In this document: positions 1 through 11,314 of the stretch, one piece after another
Position numbering within the stretch: position 1 is the stretch's first letter
Layout of the letters: each line of letters starts with the position of its first letter
DNA from: Octopus sinensis
Lineage: Eukaryota
Length of the DNA: 64,000 nucleotides
Assembly: GCF_006345805.1 (NCBI RefSeq)
Contig: NC_042997.1
Span: forward strand, 120,714,001-120,778,000
Reading direction: 5' to 3'
Notes under the pieces: model-generated
What the model was told of the DNA's origin: nothing
The model's input: the letters and a program-made list of their open reading frames with translations, nothing else
Database searches by the model: none
Translations under genes and position numbers: made by a program

Positions 1-559
1 GAGTGTGTATGTGTCTGCGTTTATGTATGTGCGTGTATGAATGTGCATGTCTACCTTATCGTGCGTGTGTTTCCGCGTTAGGTACGTTAATAAACATACA
101 CAGACATCCATAAATACATATACAGGTGTGACGACTGACATGCGTGTATGTATGTCTTCATGGGTCTTTCTTACTAAATGTATGTGCCTGTATGTGAGAG
201 CGTAAGTGTGTGTATCGTCATTTTTTAAAAATTTCAACGTGTATGTGTCTGAGAATGTGTGTATGTTTACCTGCCCGTTACATAAGTCAATGAATACAGA
301 CATACATCTTCACAAACTCTTAACAAAAAAATAATTACGTGGAAGTTCGACGTTACGTAAAAATACGCACCTACCATTCCATTAACAATTCATAATTATC
401 GTAGCAGTTTCAAGGTTGCAAGGTATTTACAATTCGCTTAAATTTGGTTACGTTACACTACATATGGACATACTACATACATACAAGTGCTTACAAAAAT
501 AGATATTAATATATATTATTTTCTATATACATACGTTTTTGCTTCAAATATTGAATAAA

Positions 560-1280
560 TTATGCCACCAAAGGAAAAACGTAATCTCTCCAGAAACACT
601 TATATAGCAACGGGGAGAGCAGAAAACCGAAGGCGAGAGTCTCAAGAGATAAGGAACATGAGACTTTCTCAGTACCAGGAAAGGCATGCTGCAGAACGTC
701 AGGTGGTCTCAAGAAGGGGCAGGATCCTTTCCAAAGGTCACCAAATGTAATCTGCAGCACAATGAATTGAGATAGAAGGGAAAGGAAACTTTCTCAACAT
801 CAGCAAAAGCATGCTACAGCACGTCCGATGGAGTCCCAAGACAGAAGGGATTGAGACTTTCTCAACATCAGCAGAGGCATGCTGCAGTGCATCAGATGGA
901 GTCTCTAGAGAGGAGGTGGATAAGACTTTCCCAAGATCAGCAAAGACATGCTGCACGACTCAATGCTGACTCGTTAACACAAGGTTTAGCACTCCATATT
1001 ACACAGATTACAATAGAATAACTCTCCACAGCAGACCACGTACAAATTCGTTATGCACAAAACCTGCAGCTGCTTTCCGATATTATCCCTCTCATTCTCT
1101 CATTCTTATAAAAATGATAATTCTGTCCAATTTGGTGTACTAAACTCAAATTGTCGATTATGCAAAAGCTTTGTCGTCATCTGTTTCAATATGGATATAA
1201 CATAACATAATATAATATATATATATATATATATAAACCTATGCCGTTTTAATCCCGGGCAACGCCTGGTATTTTTCTAG
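560..1280 (+). mobile_element. Helitron-like non-autonomous remnant (decayed N-terminal repeat region plus 3' hairpin-CTAG terminus)
   Basis: The ORF start MPPKEKRNLSRNT..RAENRRRESQEIRNMRLSQYQERHAA resembles Helitron RepHel N-termini. Five decayed ~63-69 bp repeats (about 660, 722, 785, 853, 922) encode RLSQxQxRHAA-like units. The 3' end has the hairpin CCCGG-GCAACG-CCTGG (1254-1269) followed by CTAG (1277-1280) and then T, matching the Helitron terminus rule. The 5' end was not located. Confidence 0.6.
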
Positions 1281-1775
1281 TTAGTAACTATTAAAGGTGA
1301 AATAGCATCAAACTATTTAAAAAATATTAATTACTACATAAATTAATAAAGTACTTAATGCAGAGCTTAAGTAAGAGAGCCTCACTAAATCAGAAACATT
1401 CCTTCGACGCAGAAAGATAGAATCAGTGGCAAATAAAATAGATATTCAAGCAGTTCAGAATGCGAAAACAACAAACGAGAAGGTTATTGATCGAGTCGAT
1501 GGCAATGACAATAATTTTCCGATCAAGTGCATCCACTCAACAGTGTTATGAAAACACCTTCTCAAGAAGTAGAACACTCGATAACTTTGTACTTATCGTT
1601 CTAACTCTTAACAGGTACACACGGAAGTGTCTAACATACATTTTCATTACTGATCTGCATACGATCGGTAAACATAAACAAAAAAATATCTTTAGTGTTA
1701 AGAGACATCAAACAGCGAAATCTAATAATCCATACGGAGCTTCTTTACACCTAAAAGAAAGATAATGCTCGATCA

Positions 1776-2019
1776 TCCACGGTGGTAAGTGTTTCAATTG
1801 ATCCAAACAAGGGAACCGCTGGCTCGTGAATTTTAAGTGTAATTGGCTGAGCAATCGACAGGCACATTATGTGACAATGATAACGTCTTGAAAAACAGGT
1901 GCAACTCATTTTTGTTCCAGCGGAGTGGACAGGAAAAACAGAAAATAGAGTGTTATGCTCAAGGACAGAGCGTGCTCCCAGGTATCGAACTCACGAAGTA
2001 AAGCTAATACTCTAACCAC
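1776..2019 (-). mobile_element. tRNA-derived SINE, family C (diverged)
   Basis: The minus strand reads GTGGTTAGAGTATTAGC...GTGAGTTCGATACC (A/B-box-like), then GTCCTTGAGCA. The body matches the plus-strand copy at 40290-40548. Confidence 0.55.
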
Positions 2020-2110
2020 CGATTGCAAGTAATGCAGTCTTCACTGTAATAATATCGTAGAAGATAAATAGTACCTGGATATCTTGTTGAAATATTTCTC
2101 TATATTGCAA

Positions 2111-2339
2111 TGAAGGCGGCGAGCTGGGGGAAACGTTAGCACGCCGGGCGAAATGCGGTATTTCGTCTGCCGTTAAGTTCTGAGTTCAAATTCCGCCGAA
2201 GTCGACTTTGCCTTTCATCCTTTCGGGGTCGATAAATTAAGCACCAATTACGCACTGGGGTCGATGTAATCGACTTAATCCGTTTGACTGCCCCTGTTTG
2301 TCCCCTCAATGTTTAGCCCCTTGTGGGTAGTAAAGAAAT
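2111..2339 (+). mobile_element. tRNA-derived SINE, family A, full length with 19-bp target-site duplication
   Basis: Head AAGGCGGCGAGCTGG...GTTAGCACGCC and B-box GAGTTCAAATTCC; core TTTCATCCTTTCGGGGTCGATAAA; tail AAAGAAATA. A perfect direct repeat, ATATTTCTCTATATTGCAA, lies at 2092-2110 and 2340-2358. Confidence 0.9.
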
Positions 2340-3950
2340 ATATTTCTCTATATTGCAAGGGCAATTTTAAAATATTGCTGTATTCCATTTTAATTTGTTA
2401 TGGTTGATGTACTGGATTAGTATTTGGGCGGTTTTATGCATGTAGAGCGTCTCTAATATCAAAGTGGTGGTGTTTATCAAATGCATTTATGTAGACAATC
2501 AATAACGTGTTAACATTCGTTTTCCGCTTGTTTCTTTACAGTTCTCTGAATACTCCTGCTGCAAATTCATGTACACTGGTTAGGTGCTTCAGTCAGGAAT
2601 TTGAGATATTGTCAATGCTGTGAGTTTGTTAGTGGTCTGTAGTGCTGTATGCAACAGTGAATTTATTTCGAATATAGTTGTCTATGCCTGAGGCGTCATT
2701 GTATTGTGTTTTTCTCTTAATTTCCGAGCCATTGCACTTTTTGATCATACTGAATATTACTGCTTTTCATTTTGCCAACATGCTCAGATCACTCTTGTTC
2801 ATATTCGTTCCCCCAGCGCCGTTGTTTGGCTTGTTTGTTAATATTATTGCAAAATAGTTTCATGTTTCATCTACGTTCCTTCTTCGCGAGATTTAACGAG
2901 CATGAATTCGCCATTATTTTTATTCAAAACGTCCGCTTTTGTTGATACATATACAAACACAAACTCACACTCACACATACACAAGCACACGCATACGCGC
3001 ACACACTCGCATACACTCGCACATACACACACATACGTGTGTGTGCGTGCGTGTGTGTATGCCTGTGTTTGTGTAGGCATATATATGCATGCTCTTTATT
3101 TTTAATTCTTTAAGAATTTCTTTTGAGGAATGAAATGCTCCGTCACTAGAATGTAGATAACAAAATCATAGTCACATTTTTATTGTTCAGAAAAGTCTTG
3201 AGTATTTCTATTGTTCCTCGTACACATACTGTTTATAATGCACTGGTTAATTTTTGAGTAACATTTTTGAAAAACGTACCTGATCCAGATTGTTGCTTAG
3301 GCATATGCACACAAAAACAAAAGTACCAATAAATATTGGTATGAAAGTGAATTTATAATCTGGTAATAGTGGCTGGAGGTTTCGAAGCCATTAGCCATAG
3401 TTATCCTCTTTCTGTTTGATTCTCGTAGTGATAATCAGTTCAGCAAGAATTCTATGATATATATATATTTTGCTTGTCAGTCCTCCAAAATAGTATCCGG
3501 CTTGTTAAATTTACACTTCACTGGTGTTAATTTTTTAGGTTAGCATTTCTTTTTACTAACATTTCTTTTTCCTACATTTATTCCACATTTCTCTTCATTA
3601 TTTACTAAAGTAAAATTACTCTAACAACTTCTAATTATATAAGTTTAGTCTGTCATGTTTTGTATAGGATGTAAATAGCAAAATATGTTCATATAAGGTA
3701 GCCTGAAGATTGACAATATAATCGGTTCAATATGGTATTGTATTTAGAGAGTTTCTATTTCAGCAATATCGCGGAATATGTTGTCATGAAAGGTGCGTAG
3801 TCTGCATAATGTAAAGTATATGATTTGAAATAAGAATTGTAGGTATTAGTTTTGATAATTTTAATATTTAGTCCTATATGTACCTATTGTGGATAATGTC
3901 ATTCAATGATGATTGAGTTACTTGAGGGTGATTCTCTCTCTTAAAACTAC

Positions 3951-3951
3951 G

Positions 3952-4010
<59 letters not shown>
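3951..4010. repeat. (TA)n microsatellite
   Basis: Direct reading. Confidence 0.95.
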
Positions 4011-4014
<4 letters not shown>

Positions 4015-4535
4015 ATTTAAGAAATGGAGTTGAACGAAGATTGAACAGAAATCGTTTTATTTCATTCTACACGTGTTTCGAAAGGCACAATTTACCAAAT
4101 TCCGATTGAATAATGAGACCATATTGTGTCTTTCTCTTCAGGAAGAAATAGGAAATCCGTTGGAAAAAACAAAAACAGAACAGAGGCGGAGCAAAACAAA
4201 TCGAACTAGGCTCCTAAGTGCCCATGGCCAAACTGATTATCAGTGTATGTTGAAAACGGGTGGTGGGTGCGTTGAAGATTTTAACGGGTCAGGCAGCGGT
4301 CATGACCGCTGCCTGGGGCCATGGGCTCTTAGGAGCCTAGTTCGATTTGTTTTGCTCCGCCTCTGTTCTGTTTTTGTTTTTTCCAACGGATTTCCTATTT
4401 CTTCCTGAAGAGAAAGACACAATATGGTCTCATTATTCAATCGGAATTTGGTAAATTGTGCCTTTCGAAACACGTATAGAATGAAATAAAACGATTTCTG
4501 TTCAATCTTCGTTCAACTCCATTTCTTAAATTCAC
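4011..4535. mobile_element. Near-perfect palindromic (foldback/MITE-like) element flanked by TA
   Basis: Arms 4011-4229 and 4317-4535 (219 bp each) are reverse complements, with two mismatches seen. TA lies at 4009-4010 and 4536-4537. An internal perfect 26-bp palindrome spans 4290-4315. Confidence 0.85.
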
Positions 4536-4690
4536 TAATAATATTAAAATTCAATTATCCGCACCAACGCACGGTTGCAACACCATATGGTTGTACCTCC
4601 AACCGTGCTGTCTTCTGCTGTGATTTTTGCTACCAAGGTATCGATTAAACTTTTGATTAATCTGCAACAAGATTATTCATCTTTCTATTT

Positions 4691-4692
<2 letters not shown>

Positions 4693-4727
<35 letters not shown>

Positions 4728-4808
4728 TATATATATGTATGTATGTATATATATATATATATGTATGTATGTATATATATATATATATATGTATATATAT
4801 ACTTACAT

Positions 4809-4899
<91 letters not shown>

Positions 4900-4911
4900 A
4901 ATATATATATA
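4693..4911. repeat. Compound (TA)n/(TATG)n/(CA)n microsatellite
   Basis: Direct reading. Confidence 0.95.
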
Positions 4912-5039
4912 TGATCGAATCATAATTTGTGATCACCAAGCTCCCAGAAACATTTGTTGGACTCGTTAACTCTTATTCAACTTCATTAATTCCATATATC
5001 GTTTCAATTTTATATGTAAACATGTATACTTTCTTATTA

Positions 5040-6570
5040 AATATGTTCCATATTAATCGACTTGATTAACTTGCTCATCCTTACAGTTATTCCTTGCTGA
5101 AGTGTAAATCTCGTCAGCACTATGAAGAGTATTTCACACAGAGAGTAATTCTCAATTTTCAGTTTCTCTTTTAAATATTTCTTCCTAGCATTTCCAATTC
5201 GTTCAATGTTGATATGACCTGCCATTTCATTTTCAATATCATGTAGTGCGTTTCTTTTCATTTACTATGTAAAGGCGTGGCAAAAGAAATGTGTTATCGC
5301 TAAAGATTGAAGTCACATTCACTCAGCCTTTACAGAATAAATCGAATTGTTTAGCCTTTTATACTTTGGAAATGTGTTTTAGTGTTTCATGTTCATTTAT
5401 ATTTTCCCATTTTCATCTTATATCAGCTCTATTCTTCTGTTTTAGAAGCCTTCGATTCTAACTATTATTAATCAGTTTTATAAGGCATTACTACTCTCTT
5501 TGCTCTTAAACCTGTTACTAATGATGGAGATTTTTTACACCTATGAATTGAGATGAATATCCCATGTCCTGAATATTTATAATTGCCTTTGGGTTTCAGA
5601 TCTTTTTGTTACAGCATGTCTATTATATTGCTATAAAGGGTTCTTTGCACGTTATAAAATTGGTTCCGTAGAATTCAATTGTGTTTTGTGGGTGATTTGT
5701 TGCATGCGACTTCGACTCTGTTTTACTGTTTACACTCTCGGTGAATTTTGAATATAACAGCAGTTCGTGATATTTCCTTAGCTTCTGCTCCTTTTTATGT
5801 TTATTAGAATAGCTAATTGCTTTATTTTCCTTTGTGTATTCCCCTGTGAGTTCCTTTATTTCCTTCTAGTCATCCCCTTAAATTTTATTTTAACAATCTG
5901 TAATTTTTCTCGTGCCATGATATTTTGTCTCTCATAAGTACATTGTTAACGGTGCTTGATGCAGTATTGGTGTGTATAACGAATGTAAGTATTGAATTTT
6001 CCATTGGAAATTTTTTTAAATTCAGGAAAACGAAATAAATCCTTTTAGATGATGCAACTCCACAATAAATTATAGCCAATCGTGCTTCCATGTCGTGTAA
6101 TTCGTCAAAGAGCCTGATAAAGACCAAGATTTGTGGCCGTTTTTTTAATCTGTAGATGTGAACAATCTGTTGTTGAATAGGCTTAGCTATAATTTATGGT
6201 AGATAGCTTCTATTTTAGTTACGAATTTGCAACGTTCTATAATTTTTTATGCTATTTAAACACTATGTATTCCGCATAATAATCACATGTAAGGAATACA
6301 GTATGGATTCTTCGCAGAGTATTTGGTAATAATATTGAAAATATTTTGATTTCTTTCTGATACTGTGTGTGTATATCTGTCGCCGCCTTTTAATTTCAAC
6401 CAGTTCAATTCGTTGTCATTGAGTATAGATAAGTTTGTTGTTATAAATTATGTGAGTTTAAATTCCGCCGTGCATGACTATGTCATCGTTTAAGGAATCT
6501 ATAAAGTATAACTAGATATTGAGCACTAGGAACGATGCCATCGACGATCCACCACCTCAAAAATTGCTAG
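5040..6570 (-). mobile_element. Very old APE-type LINE relic (possibly I/Nimb-like)
   Basis: Faint endonuclease-like peptides on the minus strand (GGG near 6550, IVMHGG..TH resembling GDFNAH near 6480, NLSILND near 6425) and weak RT-like text toward 5100. Heavily interrupted by stops. Confidence 0.3.
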
Positions 6571-6599
6571 CCACGTGGTTAAATTAGAAAGAATGGTTG

Positions 6600-8200
6600 T
6601 ATTATCGTTATCCCTTCATTTGCACAGTAATGATTTTACTTACACTGATTCCTAATCACTTTATGTAACCTCAAATAAACCGTAATTTCTGCTGAATAGT
6701 TACTGTTTCCAACAGTTTTATCTTTTGCAATTTCCAACGCTAGAAATACTCTAGCTGTGTGGATCAAGTACACCAATCAGAAATGGTATCATTCTTGAAG
6801 GTATATTCCACATTCTCTCGACATGTGTTCTCAAGTCTGCAAATCGTGCGATTTTCCCGTTGTCTTTATCATTTATAACTCATTTTACAATGCCTTCCTC
6901 CAACAAATATATCACTGACCTTCTAGGCTCAATACTTCATATCTGTTTGACACTTCTGTTCTAGGACCTCCATTTCTAGGACCTGTGCAGATACGAATTG
7001 TCAGTGGTTGGAAACAGATATTTCTGGCATAATGACCTGTTGAAGTGTGATGAAATTTTATTGTAACGCCGTTTCTTTTCTCTCTGCATGCATGATATGT
7101 GTCACACTTACCCCCTTCATGCAACATAACCCATACTTATTTGCGCCATCTGGATTATACATATACCTTAACAGATTTGTTGTTAGTCCTTGATCTTGAA
7201 CAACCATCAACAAAAACGTTCCCTCTCTCTCTTAAAATCATCTTTTGTCAACCAATTCCACGAAGATTGTGGTTTAACTTCCCTCATTTATTTTTCGAAT
7301 TGAATTTGCACACTTTCTTAGACAGCGGACTAAGTTTGTAATTTTATTTCTTTTCAGCTGTCTCTGCTTAAGCCTCTGCTTTGGGCAACATCCCTTCAGA
7401 GCTCTCTTCTGCACCACTGAACAAATACAAGTCTAAGGAATTGCATCCAGTATCCACTAAGTCTTTCAAAGTTCCTCTTCCACTTCGTTCTATGGTGTAT
7501 CTAACCATATAACAGTTGCTTATGGATGTGATGCACTATTAAAAAAACATTTTCTTTTGCATTTACCTATCCATCTTTTCTACTTCTTCTTTGATCCAAC
7601 ACAAAAAATCCTTCCTTTATATAATAACTGCGACCGCCAAGCTTTTGATAGTGGTACCCAAGTTCATCCCATTGAATTTCGTTTTCATCTACAGCTCTAA
7701 CCTGTTAAGGTAGACATCCTTCACGCTCTGATTCATCTTTTCATTAAGAATTTTTCCTAGTTCCCGACTACCAAGATACTTGCATCCACAATCCTCTAGG
7801 TTACTTTTGAATCTCCATCATGTAAGGCAATCATACAGCAGCATAGATACAATAGCTCTCTTCATAGTTAGGATTGCACATCTTCAATACCAAGCTCATT
7901 AGCGTCGTTTTTATTGCACCAGTGAAGTATGACCAGTGATCCAGACTGCGATTTTATCCTGCCAAAAGTCTTCATATCATCTATGAAACATCCGTGAAAT
8001 TATACCCCCTGAGCTTATATCCTCTACTTCCAGTTTCATAGTTGTCTCCTGTAATATCATCGATAAGGGATGCATTACGATTACAAACAGTAATAACATT
8101 GGGAATGGATCTTCTTGGAAAATTCCTCTTCTAGTATTGGCCACGCCTATGTGTATATTCTTTGCATACATATTTGTCATCCACAAAGTCAAGCTAGCAG
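6600..8200 (-). mobile_element. R4/Dong-like (RLE-type) non-LTR retrotransposon fragment: RT C-half to endonuclease
   Basis: Minus-strand peptides RRGIFQEDPFPMLLLFVIVMHPLS (cf. RGIFQGDSLSPLLF), HGCFIDDMKTF (RT catalytic loop), CKYLG, KFNGMNLGTTIKSLAV, RYTIERSGRG (cf. RLYxxRxxGGRGL), a CxxC-like remnant near 7090, and KIARFADLRTHVERMWNIP (cf. KYxDLxxEIxRxW). Confidence 0.7.
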
Positions 8201-8264
8201 ATTCAAGTTCTTAGTCGGTTTGTAATTTCCATAACAGATCGGTCCTGAAAACCGCGATGAACTT

Positions 8265-8600
8265 TCAGCTAAAAACCACCTGGCAATAACAGATGTCTAG
8301 TATAGCCTCAGAGTCAGCAATTGGTGTCTGAGTGATCTCAAGCGTATGGACACAAAGAGCTGGAAACAGCTGATATGAAACAGACTGCCCCACCCCAACC
8401 CAGGCAATCACAGGCTATACCTCCTACGGAAAGAAGGCGGCGGAGGTCTAATCCAGCTTGAAACGTCCTATAAAACGACCAAGATATGACTTCAAGGGTA
8501 CATCCAGAGCAACACAGCCTGGCTGATAGAGGTGCTAAGGTAACATGAATAGAGAAAGAAACTGCACTCAATCTCAAAGACAGCATATAAATACAGACGA
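8265..8600 (+). mobile_element. Second R4/Dong-like fragment in opposite orientation
   Basis: The plus frame reads SDLKRMDTKSWKQLI*NRLPHPNPGNHRLYLLRKEGGGGLIQLETSYK (RLYL at 8412), the post-RT LDRKTRK...HP...RLYLPRKEGGRGL motif. Confidence 0.65.
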
Positions 8601-8732
8601 GAACTTAATTTCCGTGATTATGATGATGATAAGGAGAACATACCACCCTCTTAGGCTGAAAAAAGTGTAAAACAAAAGCAAAAAGAAATGCTTCAAAGAA
8701 AATACCCCAAACGACTTGGGGAAGCTCATATA

Positions 8733-10005
8733 TCAGGTCATCTCATAAGTTCTGTCCAATTTTACCATTTTAAAAAAATTGAATGAAATTAATTGTATTT
8801 TAGAATGTCTAATGGAATTAAAAATTATTTTATGCATTTCCGTACATTTAAACTAATTATATATTATTTTACAGAATAATAGAATTAAAATCTCTATCAT
8901 TAAGACCCTTTCTAACATGAAAGTATCCAAATAGTATTTAAGGCACATAATGCTTTATGAGTACAAGAAAGGAAACTCTGCAGCCGAAGCGACCCGAAAC
9001 ATACACTCAATTTATGGGGAAGAATGCTTTAATTAAAGAACTTGCAGAAGATGGTTTCCAAATTCAGCCTTGAAGATGAAGATCGAATAGGAAGTCAAGT
9101 TATGTGTGATGATAAGCTCGTCGAAGCATTACTTGAAGAAAATCCTGCATTGTCAGTTGAAGAATTGGCAACAAAGCTGAGTTCAAACTATACAACAGTT
9201 CATCGCCATCTTCAACAACTTGGAAAAGTTCCTAAACTTGGAAAATGGTGCCTCATGAATTGTCCGAAAACAACCGCAAATTCCGAGTTGACATCTGCTC
9301 TTCTTTCTATTCTCGCGAACTCATTTCATCCTTTTTGGATAGACGCGTGACTGGTGACGAAAAATGGATCTTCTATTGAAATGTTAAACGTCGTAAACAG
9401 TGGCTTGGTAAAAGGGAAGAAGCTCAACCAGAACCGAGATGGGAACTTCATTGGAAAAAATATTCTTCTCTCTATCTGGGGGGATTTCAAAGGAATAATT
9501 CACTTAGAATTGTTACCACTTAATGCAACAATCAACGCTCAAGTCTTCTGTCTATCAGTAATATGAGTGTTTCAACCAAGATTTGAAGACAAAAGACTAG
9601 CCGCTTTAGTGACTCGAAAAGGAGTGATGATTCATCAGAAAAATGCGTGACCCATCACTGCAAATACCACGTTGCAGAAGATCGAAGAGCTTGGTTGGGA
9701 AACAAATACCTCATCCACCTTATTCTCCCAACCTTGTCCTTCAGACTACCATTTGTTTTGTAGTTTACAGAATTATTTGGGGGACATAACCTTTGCAATC
9801 CAGGAGGAGGTCGAAACTGACATTTCAGAGTTCTTCGCTTTGAAAAGAGTTTTACATTGATGGGATTAAAAAGCTTGTAAATAGATGGAAGGAAGTCATA
9901 GATAATCAGGGAAAGTACATTGATGATTAAATTTCAATTAAATATAACATTTGATCACTTGTTTTCTTTATTCAAAATTCGGACAGAATTTATAGGATGA
10001 CCTGA
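8733..10005 (+). mobile_element. Full-length mariner (DD34D) DNA transposon, decayed
   Basis: TIRs TCAGGTCATCTCATAAGTTCTGTCC and GGACAGAATTTATAGGATGACCTGA match at 22 of 25 positions. TA target duplication at 8731-8732 and 10006-10007. Length 1273 bp. Confidence 0.95.
8917..9930 (+). pseudogene. Mariner transposase pseudogene
   Basis: MKVSK*YLRHIMLYEYKKGNSAAEATRNI (HTH), LGKWVPHEL (across a frameshift), VTGDEKW, HPPYSP-like motif, SDYHLF, GIKKLVNRWKEVIDNQGKYIDD*. Several stops and frameshifts. Confidence 0.92.
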
Positions 10006-10544
10006 TAAATATGGGAAGAACTGATCAGTGTTATTGGTGTGAAAGCCGAAACAGAAGAACGTATCCTAGCGGCACAAGATCAGGGATTCCTCGCTCGGAG
10101 CTATCAAGGTAATATCACACACATTGATATTGGCACAAAGTGTAAACTGTGCAATAATAAACTGAGTGCAGAGTACAAATGTTAGAAAAGGTTTGCCTCC
10201 TTGGCACGGCCAGAATAGTATGGTAAGTATGAAATAGTTTACAAGAGAAGGTAGCATGGTACCGTTATCGTTATATTGTTCAAGCTACGTTTACAGATAT
10301 TCTATAGAAAATAAAAGCAACCACGGATGCTTTGATACAACATTTCCTATCACTACTTCAAATGTATACAAACAATGAGATCGAAGAGAAAAATGGGTAA
10401 TGGTTGTATATGCCATATTTGGAGGTTTCTACCCTTGCATCAGCACCCATGGAATCCATTCTCAACTTTGAACACATTGCTTATATAACCACTAGATACC
10501 ATGGTGTTAGGTGATTGGATATATGTTACCTTATCGTTATACTT

Positions 10545-10680
10545 AAGGCGAAGAGCCGGTAGAATCGTTAGCACACCTGATAAAATGCTTAGTGATATTT
10601 TGTCTGACTGTACGCTGTGAGTTCGAATTCCGCCGAAGTAGTCTTTTGGTTTCACCGATCAGATAAATAGCAGTCTATCA
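10545..10680 (+). mobile_element. SINE family A, old 5' fragment
   Basis: AAGGCGAAGAGCCGGTAGAATCGTTAGCAC...GAGTTCGAATTCCGCCGAAGT resembles the head of 2111-2339. Confidence 0.65.
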
Positions 10681-11252
10681 GATAGTTAGTAGTGGAGCAC
10701 TGAAGTCTATGTAATGTGCCTACAGTAGAAATTATTCTATTTATTGATATTGTCATTACAACCTCCTTCCCTACTACTATTTTTACTTTTATTAATTAAA
10801 ATATCAGTTGAATTTATCCGGAAAATGATCTGACAGATAAACTGTCAAAACAAAGACACACAAACGAATCCACACGCGCGCATTTTAGACAAGAATGCAC
10901 AAACCTACTTACACAAAAGTGTCAATAAGGAATAAACGATAAATTATAGACAACATGTGTTTAATGAATAACAATAAACGATGTAGCTTAAATGAAGCAA
11001 AGCATTCGTATATTGTATTGACAGCCGCATTTCCCATATCACATATAAATGCATCTCACATAGCAATTGGCTAATGAGAAAACTGAAACAATATTGTTGT
11101 ATCACACTTGAAATATCAACATCATTTCTGTTTCTGTCCAAAATTTCTCTAAAGCATATGATTAAAGTATACTTTTAGTTGTCTTTCTAAAATTACATAT
11201 ATATATATATATATACACATATAAACCCACTTCGTATAAGTTTATATATATA

Positions 11253-11291
<39 letters not shown>

Positions 11292-11314
11292 CATACATAT
11301 ATGCAAGAAGTAAA

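Noticed and set aside
660-960. CRISPR-like repeat-spacer pattern
   Set aside because: The repeats are divergent coding-type tandem units in a eukaryotic TE, and there are no cas genes.
2111-2200. tRNA gene (A/B boxes)
   Set aside because: The boxes belong to SINE heads; there is no complete cloverleaf, and the flanking TSD shows retroposition.
4073-4408. 111-aa ORF
   Set aside because: It lies within the palindromic element, has no recognisable domain, and is a by-product of the inverted repeat.
4685-4939. ORFs rich in YI/IY, CV, HT or YLSI repeats here and at 12709, 15492-16093, 18760-19071, 19877-20393, 43909-44557, 54891-55400 and 56157-56571
   Set aside because: These are translations of (TA)n, (TG)n and (TATC)n microsatellites, which lack stops in some frames.
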